Source: an uncultured Gemmatimonadales bacterium (lineage in GTDB: Bacteria; Gemmatimonadota; Gemmatimonadetes; Longimicrobiales; RSA9). From it: a stretch of 64,000 bases of DNA. A model generated the notes under the pieces. It saw only the letters and a list, made by a program, of their open reading frames with translations, was not told where the DNA came from and ran no database searches. The translations under genes were made by a program, and so were the position numbers. The DNA lies in the NCBI GenBank assembly GCA_963708135.1, contig OY970192.1:3744001-3808000 (forward strand), written 5' to 3'. Shown in pieces: positions 1-8,912 of the stretch; position 1 is the first letter of the stretch; each line of letters begins with the position of its first letter.

Positions 1-226
1 GCGCGGGGGCCGCGCCGGCGGTCCCGGGGCGCGAACGGGCCGCGCCGGTGGCCGTGGGCTGCGAAGGCGCGGCGCCGGCCGCTGGCCCGCCCGGGCCGGC
101 CGCGGCCCGGCCGGCCGACGCGCACCCCGACCCAAGGGCCAGAGCAAGAACGAGCGCGGCCGCACCGGCCCACCGGGATGTGCCCCGGGCAGCGCGCCGG
201 TCGCCGGCGTGCGTGGTGCTCCCCAT
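1..226 (-). CDS. 5' part of a probable lipoprotein (runs off the window's left edge)
   Basis: ATG at 226 reads MGSTTHAGDRRAARGTSRWAGAAALVLALALGSGC, a hydrophobic stretch plus lipobox-like GSGC, followed by an Ala/Pro/Gly linker; open to position 1. Not in the ORF track. Confidence 0.55.
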   Translation of the reverse strand, partial: MGSTTHAGDRRAARGTSRWAGAAALVLALALGSGCASAGRAAAGPGGPAAGAAPSQPTATGAARSRPGTAGAAPA

Positions 227-389
227 CCTTTCTTTCGCGTCTCCAGTACGGCCTCGGGAAACTCGCCCGGAACGGGCGCGGCGATGCAGCGCGGTGGGCC
301 GTAGCGAAGTGTGCTGTGCCACATGCGGAGGCGCAAGTGGAAGCGCGATCGGGTCCACCCCTCTGCCGCGCGGGGGCGACCGACGACTC

Positions 390-889
390 ACGACAGACTG
401 CGGCGACGACCGACTACGGCACGACCGACTGCGGCAACGACCGACTGCGGCACGACCGACTGCGGCACAACCAACTGCGGCAGCTGCGGCACGACTGAAC
501 CGCGGCACCACCGACCGGCCGGCACGACTGAACCACGGCACGACCGACCTGCGGCACGACCGACTGCGGCACGACCGACTGCGGTCGAACTCGTGTTGCC
601 GCTTCTAGCAGTGCCGCCTCAGCAGTTGCCGCCTCGAGTAGCGCCGCCTCGAGTAGTGCCGCACCAGGTAGTGCCGCCTCGAGTAGTTGCCGCCTCAAGC
701 AGTGCCGCCTCGAGTAGTGCCCCTCCAGGTAGTGCCGCCTCGAGTAGTTGCCGCCTCAAGCAGTGCCGCCTCAGCAGTTGCCGCTTCAAGTCGTGCCGCC
801 TCGAGTAGTGCCGCTCCAGGTAGTGCCGCCTCAAGCAGTTGCCGCCTCAAGTAGTTGCCTCCTCAAAGGAGTTGCCTCCTCCCGCCGCT
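390..889. repeat. Bipartite inverted tandem repeat array with ~15-nt period
   Basis: Left arm ~13 copies of GCGGCACGACCGACT (390-584); right arm ~19 copies of GTGCCGCCTCGAGTA-like units (595-889); the cores are reverse complements. Confidence 0.9.
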
Positions 890-1783
890 TCAGCCGCCTT
901 CTTCCAGCTCCTCCATGCTCCTCGGCCAGTCCTCGCCCAGCAGCCGCGACAGCGCGCGGTCGGCCAGCCGGCGGCCCCCGGTCTGGCAGCGGGCGCAGTA
1001 GTTCGTCTCCGTGTCGGCGTACACGATTCGCTGGATCGGGGCGCCGCACTGGGGGCACGGCTCGCCGAAGCGGCCGTGCGCGGCCATGGCGGGGTGGAAG
1101 GCGGTGACCTTCTCGGGGAACGTGTCACCGGCCTCGGCAAGGAGCCGGTCCGTCCACTCGCGGAGATCGGCCCGTGTGGCCTCGTACAGCCGCCCGACCT
1201 CGCCCCCGGAGAGCTGGCGCGTCCTGCGCACCGGCGAGAGGCGGGCGCGCAGCAGGATCTCGTCGGAGTGCGCGTTGCCTATCCCGGCGATGAGGCGCTG
1301 GTCGGTGAGCGCGCGCTTGAGCGTGCGGTTCTCGCGCGCGAGGGCGGCGGCGAACTCCTCGAGCGAGGCCTCGAGCGGGTCGATGCCGCCGCGGTCCAGC
1401 GCCGCCACCGCGGCCTCGCCTCGGAGCACGTGCAGCGAGGCGCGCTTCTGCGTGCTCATCTCGGTGAGCAGCAGCGTGCCGGCTGGGAAGTCGAAGGCGG
1501 CGTGACCGCCCTTTCGCGGCACGGCGGCGCCCTTCTTCCGCCAGTGGAAGCGGCCGGTGAGCATGAGGTGGAACACGGCGAACAGGTCATCCCCGAAGCC
1601 CCAGACGATGCGCTTGGCGAGCCGTCGGACCTCCCGGACCACGCGCCCCTCGAGGGCCGACAGCGGGGGATCCCAGGTGCGCAGGAGTGAGGGCGAGGCA
1701 AGGCGGATGCGCTCGAGCGGCGCGCCGACGATGCGCTCCCGCAGCGCGTGGACGTAGAGCTCGACCTCGGGCAGCTCGGGCAT
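890..1783 (-). CDS. Fpg/Nei family DNA glycosylase/AP lyase
   Basis: N-terminal MPELPEVE, HLMLTGRF, H2TH motif GIGNAHSDE, C-terminal zinc finger CPQC...CARCQ. Confidence 0.93.
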   Translation of the reverse strand: MPELPEVELYVHALRERIVGAPLERIRLASPSLLRTWDPPLSALEGRVVREVRRLAKRIVWGFGDDLFAVFHLMLTGRFHWRKKGAAVPRKGGHAAFDFPAGTLLLTEMSTQKRASLHVLRGEAAVAALDRGGIDPLEASLEEFAAALARENRTLKRALTDQRLIAGIGNAHSDEILLRARLSPVRRTRQLSGGEVGRLYEATRADLREWTDRLLAEAGDTFPEKVTAFHPAMAAHGRFGEPCPQCGAPIQRIVYADTETNYCARCQTGGRRLADRALSRLLGEDWPRSMEELEEGG

Positions 1784-1923
1784 CGGGGCCTTTCTGTTCC
1801 TGACTCTCAGACCGTCAGGTAGCGGTGAGACGGGCAAAGCTGGAGCCCGTCCACCCGGGCCGCGACACGGCCACCATGGGGCGGACGTTTCTGCGCTTTC
1901 GCCGCGCCCGTTCGTGTCCTCTC

Positions 1924-2016
1924 GCAGTTTGAGCCGCCCAGCGGACCAAAATCCCCTTCCGTTCGGCCGCGCTAGCGCCGCGGGGGGACTTTGGTCCGCA
2001 TGGCGGCCATTTCTGC
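1924..2016. repeat. Long imperfect palindrome (REP-like) in the divergent intergenic region
   Basis: GCGGACCAAAATCCCC (1941-1956) pairs with GGGGACTTTGGTCCGC (1984-1999) with one mismatch; outer arms GCCGCC/GGCGGC and GCAG/CTGC extend it. Confidence 0.7.
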
Positions 2017-2431
2017 AAGGCGGCTCCGCGACTCTCGACGATATGGATGTTTGGTCCGGGTTCGGGCGCCGCTTGCCGACCATCAGCGCGCCGAGCGAGG
2101 TGTCCACGTCGCGCGGCGCCCGCCCTCCAGTCTGCGCCGCGCGGTCCTGCTCCGCCCCGTGTCCAGCTCCGCCAGGGTCCCGCATCCCGGCCGTGGACAT
2201 CGCGCGCGGCCGCCGCCGCGGGTCGGCGGCGGCGGCCAGTGCAAGATCGGTGCGCTCCACCGGCCGGCCGATGCGCGGCGCGGGGCCACCCGGCGCGCCG
2301 GGCACCCCTGCGCGCGGCCGCCGGGCGCACGCCGCATCGGCGCGGAGCCGGCCCCCGGTTGCCGCGCGGCCGCCGGGCCTCTACCGTACGCACCTACCGA
2401 ACAGATTCCCCTCGCGCTGGAGCGAGCCGAG

Positions 2432-4417
2432 ATGAGCACAACCCTCCGGGTCCGCTCGATGGTGGCGGCGGCGCTGGCGGCCGCCTCGTGGCTGGCGGCG
2501 GCGCCGGTCGCGGCGCAGAAGCCGTCGCCTGCGAAGACCCTGCCGAGCGAGACGCCGGCGCAGTTCACGCCCGTGGACTCGATCTTCGGCTACTCCCGCC
2601 GGGACGTCATGATCCCCATGCGCGATGGCGTGAAGCTGCACACGGTCATCCTCGTCCCGAAGGGAGCGAAGGATGCCCCGATCCTGCTCACGCGGACCCC
2701 GTACGACGCGAGCGCCCTGACCACGCACCTGGCCAGCACGCACCTGGGGCCGAGCCTGTACGGCTACGACAACGCCACGGACGTGATCGTGGACGGCGGC
2801 TACATCCGGGTGGTGCAGGACATCCGCGGCAAGTACGGCTCGGAGGGCGACTACGTGATGAACCGGCCGTTCATCGGGCCGCTGAACCCGACGAACGTGG
2901 ACGAGGCGACGGACACCTACGACACGATCGACTGGCTGATCAAGAACATCCCGGAGACGAACGGCAAGGTCGGGATCCTGGGCATCTCCTACGACGGCTA
3001 CCTCTCGCTCACGGCGCTGGTGCACCCGCATCCGGCGCTCAAGGTGGCGGTGCCGATGAACCCGATGGTGGACGGCTGGATGGGCGACGACTGGTTCCAC
3101 AACGGCGCGTTCCGCGAGCAGAACATGCCCTACATCTACGAGCAGGAGGCGTCGCGGACGAACGCCTACGCCTGGCCGAGCAGCCACTACGACGTCTACG
3201 ACACGTATTTGGACGCCGGCTCCGCGGGCGCGCTCGGGAAGCGGCGCGGGCTCGAGCAGGTCGGCTTCTGGCGGCAGATCCTGGCGCACCCGAGCTACGA
3301 CGCGTGGTGGAGGCAGCAGGCGATGGACAGCATCATCGCCGCGCAGCCGCTCACCGTGCCGACCATACTCGTCCACAGCCTCTGGGACCAGGAGGACATC
3401 TACGGCGCCATCGCCACGTACAAGGCGGTCGAGCCGAAGGACGCGGGCAACGACAAGCTGTTCCTCGTCATGGGGCCGTGGCACCACGGCGGCGAGATCG
3501 GCGACGGCTCCACCCTCGGCCCGCTCCAGTGGGGCAGCGACACCGGCCTCCACTTCCGCCAGCACATCCTGGCCCCGTTCCTCGCCCATTACCTGAAGGA
3601 CGGCGCGCCGCCCGATGACGTGGCGCCCGTGATGGCGTACCAGAGCGGCACCGACAAGTGGGAGCGGCTCCAGTCCTGGCCGTCCGGCTGCGCCGCCGGG
3701 TGCAAGCCGCAGGCGACGCCGCTCTATCTGCACGCCGGCGGCGAGGCCAGCTTCGCGGCTCCGCCGGCCGCCGCCAGGGCCGCGCCCGGCGACTCGGGCT
3801 TCGACGCGTACGTCTCCGACCCGTCGCACCCGGTGCCGTACTACACGCGCCCGAACCGCCCCGCGAGCGGCGACATCTGGCGCAACTGGCTGGTCACGGA
3901 CCAGCGGAACGCGGCCGCGCGGCCGGACGTGCTGACGTACGAGACGGACGTGCTGAAGGACCCGGTCCAGATCAGCGGGCAACCGGTGGTGAACCTCGTC
4001 GCCGCGACGACGGGCACGGACGCCGACTGGGTCGTGAAGGTGATCGACGTCTACCCGCCCGAGGTGGCGGACCAGCCGGAGATGGGCGGCTACCAGCTCA
4101 TGGTCTCCGCCGACATCTTCCGCGGCCGCTACCGCGAGAGCTATGGGGAGCCGAAGGCGATCACGCCGAACGTGCCGCTGCTCTACAAGTGGACGCTGCC
4201 CACGGCCAACCACGTCTTCCTGCCGGGCCACCGGATCATGGTGCAGATCCAGTCGAGCTGGTTCCCGCTCTACGACCGCAACCCGCAGACGTTCGTGCCG
4301 AACATCTTCTTTGCGAAGCCGGCGGACTACCGGGAGGCGACGATGCGGGTGTTCCACTCGCCGGGCAACGAGAGCTCTATCGCGCTGCCGGTGGTCCGCC
4401 GCGTGGAACGACGTTGA
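2432..4417 (+). CDS. Secreted CocE/NonD (S15) hydrolase, alpha-amino acid ester hydrolase-like
   Basis: Signal peptide; IPMRDGVKLHT, RTPY, nucleophile GISYDG, DGWMGDDWFHNGAFR, WDQED, GPWHHG; PepX-like C-terminal domain. Confidence 0.92.
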   Translation: MSTTLRVRSMVAAALAAASWLAAAPVAAQKPSPAKTLPSETPAQFTPVDSIFGYSRRDVMIPMRDGVKLHTVILVPKGAKDAPILLTRTPYDASALTTHLASTHLGPSLYGYDNATDVIVDGGYIRVVQDIRGKYGSEGDYVMNRPFIGPLNPTNVDEATDTYDTIDWLIKNIPETNGKVGILGISYDGYLSLTALVHPHPALKVAVPMNPMVDGWMGDDWFHNGAFREQNMPYIYEQEASRTNAYAWPSSHYDVYDTYLDAGSAGALGKRRGLEQVGFWRQILAHPSYDAWWRQQAMDSIIAAQPLTVPTILVHSLWDQEDIYGAIATYKAVEPKDAGNDKLFLVMGPWHHGGEIGDGSTLGPLQWGSDTGLHFRQHILAPFLAHYLKDGAPPDDVAPVMAYQSGTDKWERLQSWPSGCAAGCKPQATPLYLHAGGEASFAAPPAAARAAPGDSGFDAYVSDPSHPVPYYTRPNRPASGDIWRNWLVTDQRNAAARPDVLTYETDVLKDPVQISGQPVVNLVAATTGTDADWVVKVIDVYPPEVADQPEMGGYQLMVSADIFRGRYRESYGEPKAITPNVPLLYKWTLPTANHVFLPGHRIMVQIQSSWFPLYDRNPQTFVPNIFFAKPADYREATMRVFHSPGNESSIALPVVRRVERR

Positions 4418-4502
4418 CGGCGGGCGGCACGGTGGATCCTGGCCGTGCCTCGGGTGGTACGGTTATCTATCCCATGGGAAACGAACCGGTTCGGGAGGAG
4501 CC

Positions 4503-4943
4503 ATGAAGGTCCGCGACCTGCTGAAGGGGAAGGATGGAAGGGCCATCACCGTCGCGCCGCAGACGGAGGTGGCCACGGCTGTGGCGCTGCTCATGTACCA
4601 CAAGATCGGCGGCGTGCCCGTGGTCGCGGCAGGAGACGAGGTGGTCGGATTCCTGTCCGAGCGCGACATCGTCACCGCCATGCACAAGCACGGTGCGGAG
4701 GCGGGCAAGCTCCGCGTCGAGCAGGTCATGCGCTCGCCGGCGCCCATCTGCGGGCTGGATAACTCCCTGAACGAGGCGATGGCCCAGATGACGCGAGGCC
4801 GCTGGCGCCACCTGGTCGTGCTCGACGGCAAGACGATCGCCGGCATCCTCTCGCTCGGCGACATCGTGAAGCAGCGCCTGGAAGCCGCGGAGCTCGAGGC
4901 CGGCGTGCTGCGCGACTACGTCGCCGCACAGCGAGCGCGCTGA
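4503..4943 (+). CDS. CBS-pair domain protein
   Basis: GGAGG RBS; MKVRDLL...IGGVPVV...GFLSERDIV...RHLVVLD...GILSLGDIVK. Confidence 0.9.
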   Translation: MKVRDLLKGKDGRAITVAPQTEVATAVALLMYHKIGGVPVVAAGDEVVGFLSERDIVTAMHKHGAEAGKLRVEQVMRSPAPICGLDNSLNEAMAQMTRGRWRHLVVLDGKTIAGILSLGDIVKQRLEAAELEAGVLRDYVAAQRAR

Positions 4944-5122
4944 GCCAGCCCCATCCCGCGGGCGGGACGCGACTGCCCGGATCCGGGCGTCGCCGGGGAC
5001 CAACGACACCCGGATGGACATGGCGTAACCGCTGCGGCCGCAGGAGCTTGGGTCTGCCGCCCCGTGCCGCCCGCGTAGGGCGCGAAGCTTGATAGAGGGC
5101 TCCCGGGCACGCACCCTTCTCC

Positions 5123-7681
5123 ATGCGCGGAGCGCCCGCCTTGGACGGACTGGTAATCGATCTGCGCGCGGCCGTGCGCCAGTTGCGCAGCCATCCCGGC
5201 GCCATCCGACGGGCGGGCCGCCGACTGCTGCGCGCACCGGGCTTCTCCGTGGCGGCGCTCGTCACCCTGACCCTCGGGCTCGGCGGCGCCGCGGCCGTCT
5301 TTGCCGTGGTGAATGGCGTGCTTCTCGAGCCGCTCCCTTATCCTGATCCCCAGCGGCTCGTCAACCTCTCCCACACCCTCGCCATCTCCGGCCTCACTCG
5401 CGTCAACCAGTCGGACGCCACGTACCTCGTCTACAAGTCGGACAACCGCGTCTTCACGGATGTCGGGCTCTACCGCGAGGCGGCGGTGAACCTGATGCCG
5501 GCGGCCGGCGGCGGTCCGACCGGCGTGGGAGCGGCCACCCCCGAGCGTGTTTCCGCCGGCTTCGTCACCGGCAGCGTCTTCGGCGTCCTCGGCGCCCGGG
5601 CCGTGCGCGGGCGGACGCTCTCGGCCGCCGACGGGCAGCCCGGCGCGCTGCCGGTGGTCGTGCTCTCGAACGGGCTCTGGCGGCGCGCGTTCGGCGGCGA
5701 CCCGCGCGTCCTCGGCCGCAACGTCGCCATCGATGGGGTGGAGCGGGAGGTCGTCGGCGTCATGCCGGCGCGCTTCGACCTGCCGGACGCGACGACGTCG
5801 CTGTGGGTGCCGGTCTCCATCGACCCCGCGCACACGCGCTCGGCCGCCTTCGACTACCACGCCGTGGCACGGCTGCGCCCGGGCGTCACGCCGGCCCGGG
5901 CCGCCGCGGACCTGCAGCGGCTGCTGCCGACGGTGCCCGTCGTCTACCCGGGCCGCCTCACCGCCGGCGCGATCACCGCCACGCACATGCGGGCCGTCGT
6001 CCGGCCGCTCCGCGAGCTCGTCGTCGGCGACATCGGCAAGGTGCTCTGGGTCGTGCTCGGCGCCGTCGCCGTGCTGCTCCTGATCGCGTGCGTGAACGTG
6101 GCCAACCTCTTCCTGGCCCGCGCGGAGACCCGGCAGCGCGACATGGCCGTGCACCGCGCGCTCGGCGCGGGGGCGACAGTGCTCGCCGCCGAGTACCTGT
6201 GGGAGGCGGCGCTGCTGGTCGCCGCGGGCGCCGTGCTCGGGCTGGCCGCGGCGGCGATCGGCTTGCACGTGCTCCGCTCGCTGCCCGCCGCGGCGCGCAT
6301 TCCGCGCCTCGGCGACGTGCGGGTGGACGGCCCCGTGGTGGCGATCACCGTTCTGGCAGCGGCGGTCGCCGCGCTGGGCGTCAGTCTCGTCCCGGCCCTG
6401 CGGGCGCGCTCGGTCTCGCTGGCGGAGGCCATGCGCGGGGGCGGGCGCGGGGCGACGGCGGGGCGACGGGGCGCGCTCACGCGGCGGGGACTCGTGACCG
6501 CACAGGTCGCGCTGGCGCTGCTGCTCCTCGCCGGGGCGGGGCTGCTGGCGCGCAGCTTTCAGCGGCTGCGCGCGGTGGATCCCGGCTTCTCGGCCGACCA
6601 GGCGCTGAGCTTCCGCCTCGCCCTGCCGCCGGCCGATGCACCGGACGCCGGCGCCATTGCACGGACGGCCGTCCGCACGCTCGACGCGCTTCGCGCGCTG
6701 CCCGGTGTTCGCGATGTCGGCGCCGTCACGCAGCTCCCGCTCGACCCCGAGGGCCGCCAGGACAGCGCGGTCTTCGTGGAGGACCGGCCCCTCGAGCCCG
6801 GCCAGATCCCGGGGATCCACGAGATCGTCTTCGCGACGCCCGGCTACTTCCAGGCAATGCACATCCCCTTCGTGGCGGGGCGCCTTTTCGCGCCGCCCGA
6901 TGCCGGCGGCGACCCGACGCGCCAGCCGCGCGAGGTGGTCGTCAGCCGCGCGCTGGCCGACCGCTACTGGCCGGGCGGCAACGCGATCGGCAAGCGCGTG
7001 CGCATGAGCGCCGGCGACCCGTGGTCCACCATCGTCGGCGTGGTGGGGAGCGTTCACGATGCGGGACTCGAGCAGCCGGCCGGCCTGGCCGTCTACGTGC
7101 CGCTGGTGAACGTGGGCCCGGACGGGACGCCGTGGGCGCCGCGCGACATCGCCTTCGTCGTCCGCGCCACGGGCGACGCCGCGGCGCTGACCGGCGCCGT
7201 GCGCGCCGCCGTGGAGCGCGTCGCGCCGGCGCTGCCGGTATTCCGCGTGACGCCGCTCGCGCAGCTCGTGTCGGCTGCCATGGCTCGGACGAGCTTCACG
7301 CTGCTGCTGCTCGCCATCGCCGCGGTGATCGCCCTCGGCATCGGCGCCGCGGGGATCTACGGCGTGATCTCGTACCTCGTGAGCCGGCGCACGCGCGAGC
7401 TCGGCATCCGCATGGCGCTCGGCGCCCGCCCCGGCACCGTGCGCGGCCTCGTCGTCCGCGAAGCCGTAGGCGACGCCGCGCTGGGCGTGCTCGCCGGGCT
7501 CGCCGCCGCCGCCGTGCTCACCCGCGCGCTCGGCGCGCTCCTCTTCCACATCGGCACCACCGACCCGCTGGCGCTCGGCGGCGCCGCCATCGTGCTCCTC
7601 GCCACCGCCACCGCCGCGAGCTGGGTGCCCGCGCGGCGGGCGGCGGCCGTGGACCCGGCCACGGCGCTGCGCGCGGAGTAG
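5123..7681 (+). CDS. ADOP-type duplicated MacB/FtsX-like ABC permease
   Basis: PGFSVAALVTLTLGLG, PLPYPDPQRLV, LLIACVNVANL, GIYGVISYLVSRRTRELGIRMALGA, PARRAAAVDPATALRAE. Confidence 0.92.
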   Translation: MRGAPALDGLVIDLRAAVRQLRSHPGAIRRAGRRLLRAPGFSVAALVTLTLGLGGAAAVFAVVNGVLLEPLPYPDPQRLVNLSHTLAISGLTRVNQSDATYLVYKSDNRVFTDVGLYREAAVNLMPAAGGGPTGVGAATPERVSAGFVTGSVFGVLGARAVRGRTLSAADGQPGALPVVVLSNGLWRRAFGGDPRVLGRNVAIDGVEREVVGVMPARFDLPDATTSLWVPVSIDPAHTRSAAFDYHAVARLRPGVTPARAAADLQRLLPTVPVVYPGRLTAGAITATHMRAVVRPLRELVVGDIGKVLWVVLGAVAVLLLIACVNVANLFLARAETRQRDMAVHRALGAGATVLAAEYLWEAALLVAAGAVLGLAAAAIGLHVLRSLPAAARIPRLGDVRVDGPVVAITVLAAAVAALGVSLVPALRARSVSLAEAMRGGGRGATAGRRGALTRRGLVTAQVALALLLLAGAGLLARSFQRLRAVDPGFSADQALSFRLALPPADAPDAGAIARTAVRTLDALRALPGVRDVGAVTQLPLDPEGRQDSAVFVEDRPLEPGQIPGIHEIVFATPGYFQAMHIPFVAGRLFAPPDAGGDPTRQPREVVVSRALADRYWPGGNAIGKRVRMSAGDPWSTIVGVVGSVHDAGLEQPAGLAVYVPLVNVGPDGTPWAPRDIAFVVRATGDAAALTGAVRAAVERVAPALPVFRVTPLAQLVSAAMARTSFTLLLLAIAAVIALGIGAAGIYGVISYLVSRRTRELGIRMALGARPGTVRGLVVREAVGDAALGVLAGLAAAAVLTRALGALLFHIGTTDPLALGGAAIVLLATATAASWVPARRAAAVDPATALRAE

Positions 7682-7753
7682 GCCCCGGACCCTGCGGCCC
7701 GCCCGCCGGCCTGCCGCGACGCGTCGCGCAGGGCCGGCAGGCCGGGCGGCGCG

Positions 7754-8830
7754 CTACATCCCGTGCGCGGTGAGCCAGGCGTCGAAGCGGGCCGCGATCG
7801 CGTCACGGTTCGCGGATAGCCATTCGTCGTCGCGGGGAACCGTCTCGGCGGCGTAGGTGGAGGGGAGGTACGGCTTCATCGCGGGGTCGGCCGCGGACGC
7901 GGCGTTCGCGTTGGCCGGGGCGTAAGGGATGTACTTTGACAGCTCGGCGTTGTGGTCCGCAGACGTGATGTAGGCGATGAGGTCCATGGCGGCGTCCTTG
8001 TGGCGCGAGCCTTTCGGGATCACGAGGTAGTCGGCCTGGATGAGCGCGCCGTTCCACTGGATGTCGATCGGATCGCCCGCCTGCTGAAAGCTGTAAACCC
8101 GGCCGTTGTAGCAGATGCCCATGACGGCTGCGCCGTCGGCCAGCATCTGCGGACACTCCTGCCCGTCCTGCCACCAGACGATCTGGTCGGCAATGGTCTC
8201 CAGCTTGGCCAGGGCGCGGTCGAGATCGAGCGGGTAGAGCGCGTTCGGATCGACCCCGTCCGCGAGCAGCGCGGCCTCGAGGATGCCGCTCCCGGTGGCG
8301 GAGCGGCGGATGGCGCGCTTGCCGGGGAAGCGCTGCAGGTCGAAGAAATCCGCCCAGCTCTGCGGTTTCGCGCCGCCCCATGCGTCGGTTCTGTAGGCCT
8401 GCACGAGCCCCCAGCGCATGACCGGCACGCGGTAACCGGTGGTGCGGAACCGGTCCGGCTGTAGCTCGTCGCAGGGCACCTTCGAGCAGTCGATGGGCTC
8501 CAGCAGGTCCTGGCTATCGCTCAGCCCGAAGTCGTTCTCCACGTCCACCATGTCCCAGGCGACGGCGCCGCTGGCGACCATCGCCTCGAGCGTCTGGTAG
8601 TCGGTCGGCTCGTCCTGCAGGATCGTCGTCCGCGGGTGCGACTGGGCGTACGGATCGAACCAGGCCTTCGTCATCGCGGTCTGGTAGTCGCCGCCCCAGC
8701 TCACGACCGCGAGCGTGTCGGGGGCCACGGTGTTCGGAAAGGTGTTGTCGCCGCAGGCGGCCGCCGCCAGCGAGAGGAGCGCAGCGGGAAGAAGACGGCG
8801 GCTGAAGCGTCGCATGTTGATGTCCTCCAT
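7754..8830 (-). CDS. Extracellular solute-binding lipoprotein (PotD/PotF-like ABC SBP)
   Basis: Lipobox AAAC; SWGGDYQ, WADFFDLQRFPGKR, ALLADGV, YPLDLDRALAKL, YNGRV. Start may be 8815. Confidence 0.88.
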   Translation of the reverse strand: MEDINMRRFSRRLLPAALLSLAAAACGDNTFPNTVAPDTLAVVSWGGDYQTAMTKAWFDPYAQSHPRTTILQDEPTDYQTLEAMVASGAVAWDMVDVENDFGLSDSQDLLEPIDCSKVPCDELQPDRFRTTGYRVPVMRWGLVQAYRTDAWGGAKPQSWADFFDLQRFPGKRAIRRSATGSGILEAALLADGVDPNALYPLDLDRALAKLETIADQIVWWQDGQECPQMLADGAAVMGICYNGRVYSFQQAGDPIDIQWNGALIQADYLVIPKGSRHKDAAMDLIAYITSADHNAELSKYIPYAPANANAASAADPAMKPYLPSTYAAETVPRDDEWLSANRDAIAARFDAWLTAHGM

Positions 8831-8912
8831 GAAGGCGGTCGGCCGCCGGCGCTCCGTCTCCCGCGCGGAGCTCGCACGGGAGACGGGGCGCGCGGCGCGG
8901 CCGTCGCTGCAC

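Noticed and set aside
48..1107. ORFs crossing the 15-nt array (RHDRL, VVPPR, AALLE repeats) as repeat proteins
   Set aside because: 14/16-nt units shift frame, every frame gives short low-complexity ORFs, and no RBS is evident.
4435..4459. GATCC...GGTA upstream of the CBS gene (similar at 61361) as further ECF promoter copies
   Set aside because: The -10 part differs from GCGT and the spacing is inconsistent (16 vs 15); too weak.
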